Shown here: positions 1 to 7,645 of the stretch, piece after piece
Layout of the letters: each line of letters starts with the position of its first letter
Position numbering within the stretch: position 1 is the stretch's first letter
Assembly: GCF_000020225.1 (NCBI RefSeq)
Contig: NC_010655.1
Coordinates: 1,170,001-1,202,000 of the forward strand
Direction of reading: 5' to 3'
From: Akkermansia muciniphila ATCC BAA-835
GTDB lineage: Bacteria > Verrucomicrobiota > Verrucomicrobiia > Verrucomicrobiales > Akkermansiaceae
DNA: 32,000 bases
Notes under the pieces: model-generated
Databases searched by the model: none
What the model was told of the DNA's origin: nothing
What the model saw: only the letters and a program-made list of their open reading frames with translations
Position numbers and translations under genes: made by a program

Positions 1-697
1 CGCTCTGAGATCTGCCTTCTCCTCTCGAAGGTCGGATTTTTCTGTTGAAAGTATCGCCTGTTTGACTATAACATGTTTTGTTATAACAATCAAACCAAGT
101 ATAAACTACATAACAACAATTTTCTTTACATATATTATTATGATCACATTCAGATGTGAAATTAGGACTTTTAACCGATGCTTTAACATTAATTCCTTTT
201 GTTCCTGCATCCTGAATGATCGGATGTTCCTGTGATCTTTTGCATTCTTTGCAACATTTTGAACATGGATCCCCTGTTTTTATAAACCCCTTTTTTAACC
301 CCAAAGCATCAAACTTATCTTGAGGGCTGTTCCCGAGGAACGCATATAAATTCCACCCCCCTTCTTCAGCAATGGGATCGCGGTTGATCCATCTGCCGTC
401 TTTTGGGTTGTAAAAGCGGTAATTGTAATAGACCAGGGAGGATTCTTCGTCGTGCATCTCGCCGGACCACTGGACGGGCTGGACGAGGCTGCCCGTACTG
501 GTCACGGCCCCATAGGGGGAGTAATCGTAAGCCGCCGCGATCGTTCCCTGTGCGTCGAAGACCTCTGTGACATTCTTGTTGAAGTCTACGCCGTAGCAGT
601 ACAGGGAAGCGCCCTGCACGAGGGCCAGGGGGCGCGTGGCCATCTCTTCCAGAGAATCCCACAGCAGGGTGCCAAGCACGTTACGGTTGTTGATCAT
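1..697 (-). CDS. Orphan Rhs C-terminal cassette, partial (3' end beyond left edge): Rhs core-end fragment fused to a distinct Cys-rich tip domain
   Basis: Not in the ORF track because there is no in-window stop. Hand translation of the minus strand, in the frame opened by TAA at 713-715 with the first ATG at 697-695: MINNRNVLGTLLWDSLEEMATRPLALVQGASLYCYGVDFNKNVTEVFDAQGTIAAAYDYSPYGAVTSTGSLVQPVQWSGEMHDEESSLVYYNYRFYNPKDGRWINRDPIAEEGGWNLYAFLGNSPQDKFDALGL, then KKGFIKTGDPCSKCCKECKRSQEHPIIQDAGTKGINVKASVKSPNFTSECDHNNICKENCCYVVYTWFDCYNKTCYSQ... The first part parallels the end of the Rhs core of 1299-7157 almost residue for residue. The tip is unrelated to that gene's tip. Confidence 0.75.
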   Translation of the reverse strand, partial: MINNRNVLGTLLWDSLEEMATRPLALVQGASLYCYGVDFNKNVTEVFDAQGTIAAAYDYSPYGAVTSTGSLVQPVQWSGEMHDEESSLVYYNYRFYNPKDGRWINRDPIAEEGGWNLYAFLGNSPQDKFDALGLKKGFIKTGDPCSKCCKECKRSQEHPIIQDAGTKGINVKASVKSPNFTSECDHNNICKENCCYVVYTWFDCYNKTCYSQTGDTFNRKIRPSRGEGRSQS

Positions 698-708
698 ATC
701 CTGCGACG
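345..708. repeat. Direct repeat copy 1 (orphan Rhs core-end), homologous to 1891-2254
   Basis: By-eye alignment at a constant offset of 1546 nt (for example gatccatctgccgtcttttgggttgtaaaagcggtaatt at 386 versus gatccacctgccgtctttggggttgtaaaagcggtaatt at 1932). Most positions are identical over about 360 bp. Similarity stops where the AT-rich sequence begins on both sides. Confidence 0.9.
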
Positions 709-910
709 CTAGTTACAAGTAGCTACGGTCATTCTATTTAAGGATTTTTAGGGAATCCACATTTTTTATGATTTTTTGTCATCTTTGATACAATTGTTCT
801 GATACTATTATATCATTGGAAAATCTTCCGATTCAATTCTCTTCCTGTATTCTTTATAATACACTAGCTTCTTATAAAATAAGTCTGAAAAGATTTTTTT
901 CATGATTATT

Positions 911-1213
911 TCAATTAGAATCAGATTTATTTTTTATTTTTTTCAAGACATATGTTATTCTGAAACATTCAATGACTATAATGAGATAACCAAGAATTAA
1001 TACTGTATATGATATTAAAAGTTCATTCGAAAAGTTTTCCCATAATAGATTTATACCATGATACATTGTTGACAAAATTCCAATTATTCCAGAGATCAGA
1101 AATAAATAAATTGTGAGTTTGATAATTGGAAAAGGGAAGTTATTAAATGAAAAATTAAGAGTATTTTTTTTAACCAAACAAGAATTCTTAAAAATAGGAT
1201 TACAAAAACACAT
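911..1213 (-). CDS. Small two-TM membrane protein, candidate immunity protein for the Rhs tip
   Basis: 100-aa ORF with an ATG start, 85 nt downstream of the rhs stop on the same strand, with the same AT-rich composition as the rhs tip. It has two hydrophobic stretches (IIKLTIYLFLISGIIGILSTM and LLISYTVLILGYLIIVIECF). The position matches the usual toxin-immunity gene order. No family was recognised. Confidence 0.55.
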   Translation of the reverse strand: MCFCNPIFKNSCLVKKNTLNFSFNNFPFPIIKLTIYLFLISGIIGILSTMYHGINLLWENFSNELLISYTVLILGYLIIVIECFRITYVLKKIKNKSDSN

Positions 1214-1298
1214 CCATAAACTAATTCAAAATATTCATATACAGTTAAAGGAGACTCAGGGTAAATCATAATACAGGTAACTAATTATATTTCGTTCA

Positions 1299-4200
1299 TT
1301 ATTTAGACCATATTTTTATATTTTCATTAAAAGATTTGTTAACAAGTTCTTCGTTTTGATCTATGATAAATGGGATTTTTAAAGTAGCGTCAATCTTAAT
1401 ATATTCCGTTGCATCTAAAGTTAAATATATTGGTTTTGCGTTCAAAGTTAATCCAGAACTTATCTTAAAATCGATAGAATAAGATGCTTGTATATAAGAT
1501 GATAGTGTAATGCCTGCATCAATTCTGTGAGAAAATCCTAATAATTCTTCCCGATAGGATGTTAAAGTTTTGCCATTACAATTGTCAATTTTAAGTATTT
1601 TTTCATTACTTAATCCAGCAATCATAGTTTTTAAAGAATATTCAATATCAGGAAGAATAGGCCACCATTTTTGTTTAATTTTAAGCCCTATACCTACACC
1701 TATACCAACATCTGTTCGTAATTTTGCTTCAATGCATACACAATTTTTCTTTTTTTCTATTGATATACTTCCCTCAATAATAAGAAGAATGGGTATGTAA
1801 CCCGCAGGAATAGTCATTGTGTAGCCAAATTCGTTAGTTTCTTTTCCGAGATAATCAATAGAAAATACCACTCCATTATCAACAAACCCGTACAAATTCC
1901 ACCCTCCCTGTTCAGCGATGGGATCCCTATTGATCCACCTGCCGTCTTTGGGGTTGTAAAAGCGGTAATTATAATAGGCCAGGGTGGGTTCTTCGTCGTG
2001 CATCTCGCCGGACCACTGTACGGGTTGGACGAGGTTGCCTGTGCTGCCAACTATCCCATAGGGCGAGTAGTCGTAAGCCGCCGCGATCGTTCCCTGTGCG
2101 TCGAAGACCTCCGACACATTCTTGTTGAAGTCCATGCCGTAGCAGTACAGGGAAGCGCCCTGCGCGAGGGCCAGGGGGCGGGTGGCCACCGGTTCCAGAG
2201 GATCCCACAACAGCGTGCGAAGCACGTTACGGTTGTCCAGCATATCCAATGCCGCTATTTGTAAATAGCCGCGGTATAGATAGCGTTCGTGGCTGGCGAC
2301 CGTGCCGTTTTGGGTCACTTTCTTCATGTAGCGGCGTCCCTGGTAATCGTAGCCGCATTCCACGACTGTCGCGCCGTCCCGGCTGGTGAAGCTCACCGCG
2401 CGGTTGGCCGCGTTGTACACGGCCGTCCAGATGCCCGTTGACGTCTTGATGAGGGTCTGGTTGCCCGAGGCGTCGTACGTCGGCACAAAAGGAGCTTCCC
2501 CGCTTTCTTCAATGCCGGTGTACTGGTTGAGCCCGTTGGCCGCGTAGGCGAGTTCTTCGGCCGGTTCCCGTGCCGTCTTGCGGTTGCCGATGTTGTCGTA
2601 GCTGTAGCCGTAGGGGGCGGCGCCCAGGGTAGCGGCGGTGAGTTCGTTTCTGCCGTTGTAGCTGAAGCTGTCGCTGCGGGCGGGTTCCGTTCCACGCTGC
2701 TGGGTGCGGGTGACCGGGCGTCCCAGGGCATCGTAGCCCTGGCTGCGGGAGACCAGCACGGTTTCCCCCAGGCGGCAGTTGATTGCCGTGACCAGGTTGC
2801 GGCGCTGTTCATAGGCAAGTTCCCGGACGATGCCGTCGGGCATCGCAAGGCTGGAGAGCAGGCTGCTTCCTGCCAGGTAGCCGTAGGCGAAGCTTTGCTC
2901 CGTTCCCCCGTGCCTGATTCCGGCGCTGGCCAGCCTTCCGTCGGTTTCATAGCCCTGGCTGGCTTCCTGGAGGACGTCGGTTCCCTGTTTCAGGGTATAG
3001 CCGGAGGAGCGTCCGTAAGTGTCGTAGTGTTCCTGGAGCTGGTAAGAGCTCCCTCCGATGGTGATGCTGTCGGTGTCCGGTTCGTTGCAGGGGGTGTACG
3101 TGAGGACGCGCGAGCCGGAGGCGTCCGTGACCTGGGTCAGCTGGTTGAGGTGGTTGTAGGCGTACTGGATGCCGGGCGTGGAGTCGCTGTAGGAGACGGA
3201 GTTGTTGACCCCCTTCTTCAGGTTGTAGCCCCAGGTGGTGACCACCCCCCGCGCGTCCATGAGCGTGGATTTGAAGTTCAGGGCATTGTAGGCGGTGTCT
3301 TCATGGGTGCCGTCCGCCCAGGTTTTGCGGATGAGCAGGCCCGTGGCGTCATCGTAGCTCCACGTAGTGACGTCCCCGTCCGTGCGTCCCGTGGGGTCGG
3401 CGGTGATGTCGCCCGCGTCCTCCCGGAACGTGGTGAGGCTTATCATCCTGTCCGCCTCGTCATAGCCGAAGAGCAGGGGCTGGGCCCTCGTTCCCCATTG
3501 CGCCGTGTTGCGGCCCCGGAGGTCGTAGCCGTAGCAGGTCGTGTTGCCCAGGGCGTTGGTGACGACGGCAGGCTGGTCAAACCAGGGGCCGTAGGCGGTA
3601 GAAGTCGTGTTGCCCGCCGCGTCCGTCACCGAGATCGTGCGCCCGGTAAGGTCGGTGTGCGTCGTGACCGTGTTGCCCCGGCCGTCCGTGCTGGCGTAGA
3701 TGACGCCGGTTTCCGTGTAGGCGCGGGTATGCGTGGCCGTGACGCCCGCATGGTCCGTTTGCGAGATGATAAAACCGTCGATGACCGTAGCGGCGGCCGT
3801 GATGTCGGAGGTGGGGATGCTGCTTTTCTGCGTCCGGACGGCGCCCGGACCGTATTCGCTCCATTGTTCGGAAGCGTTTCCCCTGGGGTCGATGGAAATG
3901 ACTTTGCTTTCCAGCGTGGACGAGAGGGAGGAAGCCAGCGTTTTCTGCGTTTCGTTATAGGTCGTTCCCCGGCTGTTGTTCCTGGTCGCCGTAACAACGC
4001 GGTATACTTCATCCTGGGCCTGTTCCACGCCGTAGCTCCACGTGGTGATGCGCGAGTTGGATGTCGTGGCCGGATCGGCGAGTTTCCAGGTTTCTTTCGT
4101 TTTGTTGCCGAAGGCGTCGTATTCCCACAGGGTCGGGGCCATCGTCGTGGCCGCATTGCCCGCGTCCGTCTGCGTTTTGGTGAGCTGCCCCCTGGCGTTG

Positions 4201-7088
4201 TAGGTGTTCCTCGTGTAAATGACGCCACCGGTGGTGTTGGGGACGCCCGTGCGCAGGGTTTCCCCGGCTCCGTTGACAATGCTGCGCTGCAGCTCGGTTT
4301 GCGTTTCCCCGGAGACGGCTTTCGTGAAGGTCCGCACACCGTCGCTGACCAGGTCGATGGCGTAGATGACGTGCCGCTGCCCCGTGCCGGATTCTTCCAT
4401 CACCGTTCCGTCCGGCGCGCTGCGCGTGATGAATGTAGCCCCGGAAGGGACGGTTTGCGTGACCGTCAAGCCGTCCTGGCTGTAGGCGTAGGTAGTGACC
4501 CGGCCCAGGACGTCCGTGGTGGAGGTTGTTCTGCCAAGAAGGTCGTAGGTGGCGCTTTCCCGCGTGGTCATCGCCCCCGTGTCTTGACGCGTGGAGAGTA
4601 CGCGCCCTGCCGCATCCCGGACGTAGGTGGTGATGGTTTCCGGCGTGATGACGGTTTCCCCGTCCATCACGGCGGAACGCGTGACTTCCACCAGTTGGCG
4701 CGCCGTGTCGTAGGCGTAGTCCGTCCTGATGCCGTTTTCATCGATTTCCCACAGCAGGCCTCCGTCGCACATCAGTTCGCGTTCCGTGAGCCGGCCGTTG
4801 CCCGCCGTCCGCTTCACCCACCGGTTCTGCGTGTCAAATTCGTAGACGGCGCTGCCCGTGAGCGCCCATTGCCCGGTGGAAAGCAGGAGGTAGTTTTCTT
4901 CCCTGACGCGCTGCCCTTCCGCCGTGATCCAGGTGACGGCGCGCGTGCTTTGTCCCGGCACGGCTTCTCCGTTGATGCGCGTTTCCACCGTTTCCGTGTA
5001 GAGGGCGCCGTGCTCCGTCGTGGCCGCGTAGTCGTGCCACGTTTGCACGCCGTCGAGGTCCCGGCTGAACCGCGTGCGTCCGCGGGCATGGATGTTGGCG
5101 GCTCCGGCCAGCCATTGTTCCTCCGCCGTCAGGCGCGTGCCCGTCACGCCCAGTCCGGTGACCCGCCGTTCCGTTCTTTTGATGTGGTTGGCCGTCGTGT
5201 ATTTCCAGGTGGTGGATGTCAGCGTTTTGACGTGTCCTTCCAGCGGAAGCAGGTCTGCCGTTTCCGTGGCGGGTTCGTTGCTGAAGTCGGCTTCTCCCGA
5301 ACAGGCGTAGGTGTAGCGCGTGATGCGCCTGCCGCTTTCCGCCCACGGTTCGTCCCGGCTGAGCAGGCGGCCGTAGAGGTCATAGGCGTAATGAGTCTGG
5401 CTGCCGCCCGGGGCCGTTTCCGTTCTGAGCCGTCCGCACTGGTCGTAGGCGTATTGCGTGGTTTGCTCCTCCGGGCTTCCGTAGCCTTCCGCCAGCGTGA
5501 GCAGCAGGTCGCCCACGTCCGTGGTCTGGTAGATGGCGCAGGTGCGCGCCGCCACGATTCCGTTTTTGGAGATTTCCGTGACCAGCTGCCAGACCGAGTT
5601 TTCCGGTTCCAGCTCCGTGCGCGTGCGGAGGGTCGTGAGGGCGTCTTCCCCCGTGCCCTGCCGCATGTTCCACGCCAGGCCGTCGTTCCACCAGGTGACG
5701 GCGTAGGGCTGCCTGGCAGGCGCCTGTTCCGTGATGGTGAACTTTTCCTCAGCATCCAGGGAAAGAATAAATGTTTTCAAGGGAGCGCCCGTAACGGTAT
5801 AAAATCCCTGTTCGTCCGTTCCGGTGATTTGCCCAGGGGTATAGAGCGCGATGGTGTAGCCCGTGGAGGTGACGTTTTCCACGTTGAGCAGGCCGTCCCA
5901 CAGGTTCCAGATTTGCCTCAGCGAGCCGTCTCCGGCATGCCTGACGTCCAGATAGGATGACGCGTTGGAGATGACCTGCCTGTCCGTGGTGGTGTAGGAG
6001 AGGAGCGTTCCCGTTTCCGCCGAGAAGAGGTATTGGCTGCCGTCTTCCACCACCCAGCGCAGGCAGGATTGTCCTTCCACCGTGGCCAGCGCCGCACGCC
6101 CTCCGCCCGACGTGTCCACCCCGATGGGCAGCACGGACCCGTCCGTGTAGCAGCGCATGGCAATCACCCGGTCTCCCTGCACCAGGTTGAACCGCACTCC
6201 CGGCGCAATGCCCCCTTCCGGCACGTCCAGACGGCTGTTCAGGGGATGGTTGTAGGCCAGCGAGGAGGGGCTTTCCAGGCCGGAGACGTTTTGTTCAGCC
6301 CTCAGTTCCACCCTTCCGGCCGGAAGGCCCCCAAGTCCACGGAACGCTCCGAAGTTGCAGGACCAGTACATCAGCGTGGCCGTGCTTTCCGCCGTCACGC
6401 TGCACCCCGCCGAGCTGTAGTTTCCCAGGGCGCCGCTTTCCATGCCCGCCTCAGGGCACGACCGGGCCTGCGGCGGGGAGGGCGGCGTTCCGCCGCTGTT
6501 GTCGCACGTGTCTCCCTCGCAGGGACACGGTTCGGGTTCTTTCCTGCCCCCCGGTTCCGTCGGCACCACGTCGATGCTGTAGTTGCAGATGGAGGTGTTG
6601 CCGCTTGCCGGATTGTAGTCGATGTTGGTCTGGCTGACTTCCCAGCTGTAGGTGCCGGAGGGGAGCTGCGCCCCGCCAGTCCCCGTGTGGTATTTGTGCC
6701 CGCCCTGTTCGCCCGCCGTCTGCGGGTTTTCTTTCAGATCCACCTGCGCCACCACGTTGCCGCCGGAGTCCTTCACCTCCAGGATTCCCCAGTCGTCCAC
6801 CCCAAGGAAGAGCGAGCAGGTGCCGTAGAGTTTTTTGCCCTCCGCTCCTTCCGGGATGGTGAATGTCCCGTGCGCGCTGTGCCCGTCCGCCGACGTGCTC
6901 GGCGGCCCCACTTTCCTTTCCTCATGGATCCGGATCGCTTCAAACGGCAGCGGATCGGGATCCGGCTGGCCGGATAAGCGCACGCGGCGAGTAGAGCCGG
7001 ATTGGCTGGCACCGGAACCAAAGTACCATTTCCGGTAAGCGGGAACGGCAGAACGATGGGCGGAGGAGGAACGATGAGGCGGATTCAT
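1299..7088 (-). CDS. Rhs/YD-repeat protein with C-terminal polymorphic toxin domain (ORF stays open up to a TTG at 7157; first ATG at 7088)
   Basis: 1952-aa ORF. Many YD repeats are present (YAYDQCGRLRTE, YAYDLYGRLLSR, YDAFGNKTKE, YGYDLRGRNT, YSYDNIGNRK, YDYQGRRYMK). The Rhs core-end signature is YNYRFYNPKDGRWINRDPIAEQGGWNLYGFVDNGVVFSIDYLG. The track start at 7157 is a TTG; MNPPHRSSS at 7088 is the first ATG. Confidence 0.93.
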   Translation of the reverse strand: MNPPHRSSSAHRSAVPAYRKWYFGSGASQSGSTRRVRLSGQPDPDPLPFEAIRIHEERKVGPPSTSADGHSAHGTFTIPEGAEGKKLYGTCSLFLGVDDWGILEVKDSGGNVVAQVDLKENPQTAGEQGGHKYHTGTGGAQLPSGTYSWEVSQTNIDYNPASGNTSICNYSIDVVPTEPGGRKEPEPCPCEGDTCDNSGGTPPSPPQARSCPEAGMESGALGNYSSAGCSVTAESTATLMYWSCNFGAFRGLGGLPAGRVELRAEQNVSGLESPSSLAYNHPLNSRLDVPEGGIAPGVRFNLVQGDRVIAMRCYTDGSVLPIGVDTSGGGRAALATVEGQSCLRWVVEDGSQYLFSAETGTLLSYTTTDRQVISNASSYLDVRHAGDGSLRQIWNLWDGLLNVENVTSTGYTIALYTPGQITGTDEQGFYTVTGAPLKTFILSLDAEEKFTITEQAPARQPYAVTWWNDGLAWNMRQGTGEDALTTLRTRTELEPENSVWQLVTEISKNGIVAARTCAIYQTTDVGDLLLTLAEGYGSPEEQTTQYAYDQCGRLRTETAPGGSQTHYAYDLYGRLLSRDEPWAESGRRITRYTYACSGEADFSNEPATETADLLPLEGHVKTLTSTTWKYTTANHIKRTERRVTGLGVTGTRLTAEEQWLAGAANIHARGRTRFSRDLDGVQTWHDYAATTEHGALYTETVETRINGEAVPGQSTRAVTWITAEGQRVREENYLLLSTGQWALTGSAVYEFDTQNRWVKRTAGNGRLTERELMCDGGLLWEIDENGIRTDYAYDTARQLVEVTRSAVMDGETVITPETITTYVRDAAGRVLSTRQDTGAMTTRESATYDLLGRTTSTTDVLGRVTTYAYSQDGLTVTQTVPSGATFITRSAPDGTVMEESGTGQRHVIYAIDLVSDGVRTFTKAVSGETQTELQRSIVNGAGETLRTGVPNTTGGVIYTRNTYNARGQLTKTQTDAGNAATTMAPTLWEYDAFGNKTKETWKLADPATTSNSRITTWSYGVEQAQDEVYRVVTATRNNSRGTTYNETQKTLASSLSSTLESKVISIDPRGNASEQWSEYGPGAVRTQKSSIPTSDITAAATVIDGFIISQTDHAGVTATHTRAYTETGVIYASTDGRGNTVTTHTDLTGRTISVTDAAGNTTSTAYGPWFDQPAVVTNALGNTTCYGYDLRGRNTAQWGTRAQPLLFGYDEADRMISLTTFREDAGDITADPTGRTDGDVTTWSYDDATGLLIRKTWADGTHEDTAYNALNFKSTLMDARGVVTTWGYNLKKGVNNSVSYSDSTPGIQYAYNHLNQLTQVTDASGSRVLTYTPCNEPDTDSITIGGSSYQLQEHYDTYGRSSGYTLKQGTDVLQEASQGYETDGRLASAGIRHGGTEQSFAYGYLAGSSLLSSLAMPDGIVRELAYEQRRNLVTAINCRLGETVLVSRSQGYDALGRPVTRTQQRGTEPARSDSFSYNGRNELTAATLGAAPYGYSYDNIGNRKTAREPAEELAYAANGLNQYTGIEESGEAPFVPTYDASGNQTLIKTSTGIWTAVYNAANRAVSFTSRDGATVVECGYDYQGRRYMKKVTQNGTVASHERYLYRGYLQIAALDMLDNRNVLRTLLWDPLEPVATRPLALAQGASLYCYGMDFNKNVSEVFDAQGTIAAAYDYSPYGIVGSTGNLVQPVQWSGEMHDEEPTLAYYNYRFYNPKDGRWINRDPIAEQGGWNLYGFVDNGVVFSIDYLGKETNEFGYTMTIPAGYIPILLIIEGSISIEKKKNCVCIEAKLRTDVGIGVGIGLKIKQKWWPILPDIEYSLKTMIAGLSNEKILKIDNCNGKTLTSYREELLGFSHRIDAGITLSSYIQASYSIDFKISSGLTLNAKPIYLTLDATEYIKIDATLKIPFIIDQNEELVNKSFNENIKIWSK
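1302..1844 (-). other. Rhs C-terminal tip (toxin) domain, 181 aa, family not recognised
   Basis: Begins immediately after ...SIDYLG; the K codon is at 1844-1842. The sequence is KETNEFGYTMTIPAGYIPILLIIEGSISIEKKKNCVCIEAKLRTDVGIGVGIGLKIKQKWW...IKIWSK. There is an abrupt switch from GC-rich core to AT-rich DNA near 1880. Confidence 0.7.
1891..2254. repeat. Direct repeat copy 2 (end of the full-length Rhs core), homologous to 345-708
   Basis: See copy 1. This copy encodes LDMLDNRNVLRTLLWDPLEPVATRPLALAQGASLYCYGMDFNKNVSEVFDAQGTIAAAYDYSPYGIVGSTGNLVQPVQWSGEMHDEEPTLAYYNYRFYNPKDGRWINRDPIAEQGGWNLY. Confidence 0.9.
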
Positions 7089-7580
7089 CAGGTATTCAAG
7101 AGTTGGGAGTAATGAATGAAGCGAGGGGTGGCCGCCCTTTCCTGATCGTTTTATCAATAGTATGATCCGAAGTCGGTGTCGATAGAATTTTATTTGTATG
7201 TTTTTGATTTTTTATAAAAGATGGTCATTATTTTACACGAAAAGATAATATTATAATTCTTACGTTCAGTGCATTCCCTTAATAGACATCAATGTTGTCT
7301 GTTTGTTAGAAAATGTTTCCCTCTCATGCTGAGCCCTTGACAGGATGCCATCCCTTCCGGGCATCAGTCTAATTCCTGTAATCAATGTTTCTTTCTCTCG
7401 AAGAAAGATGGGGGCCGTCGCTGTCGGAAGGGGGCTTGCTTAGGTTTCGTCCGGCATTTCCAAGTACAGTCTCCTGGATTACTGGGAACCTTCCAGTGTA
7501 ACATTTATTTTTTACGCTGCGCGACGATGAGGAAGCAACTGTCTGATATTTTATTCCTGGTTCAAGGAAACCTGATAATG

Positions 7581-7618
7581 AAAAAAACTCCCGACAGCCG
7601 ATGCCGCCGGGAGTTTTT
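7581..7618 (-). terminator. Rho-independent terminator of the sdh/frd operon (A/T runs on both sides)
   Basis: The sequence is aaaaaaACTCCCGacagccgatgccgCCGGGAGTtttt. An 8-bp stem (7586-7593 / 7608-7615) is followed on the minus strand by a T run, about 30 nt after the sdhB stop. Confidence 0.75.
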
Positions 7619-7645
7619 ACAGAGCGTCTTAAGAAGGAATCTTCT

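Noticed and set aside
808-903. 31-aa minus-strand ORF (MKKIFSDLFYKKLVYYKEYRKRIESEDFPMI) 8 nt after the immunity candidate
   Set aside because: It is very short, sits in AT-rich DNA where such ORFs arise by chance, and has no hydrophobic or recognisable feature. It might be a remnant of another cassette, but that cannot be supported.
2895-5960. 1021-aa plus-strand ORF inside the rhs gene
   Set aside because: It is antisense to a gene with unmistakable YD-repeat content. The translation is R/G/A/V-rich low-complexity sequence of the kind GC-rich antisense frames produce. The other short ORFs listed within 1299-7157 on either strand are rejected for the same reason.
7373-7381. A single CCTGTAATC (reverse complement of GATTACAGG) upstream of the rhs gene
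   Set aside because: It is only one 9-mer with no second half-site at 21 bp and none of the surrounding 38-mer. It is most likely chance.
7158-7580. Possible small RNA or riboswitch in the 420-bp gap between the sdh terminator and the rhs start (short hairpins GATGCC/GGCATC about 7342-7365 and CTTTCT/AGAAAG about 7390-7407)
   Set aside because: The hairpins are short and have no flanking T runs or recognisable family signature. The gap is most simply the rhs promoter/leader plus the AT-rich island edge.
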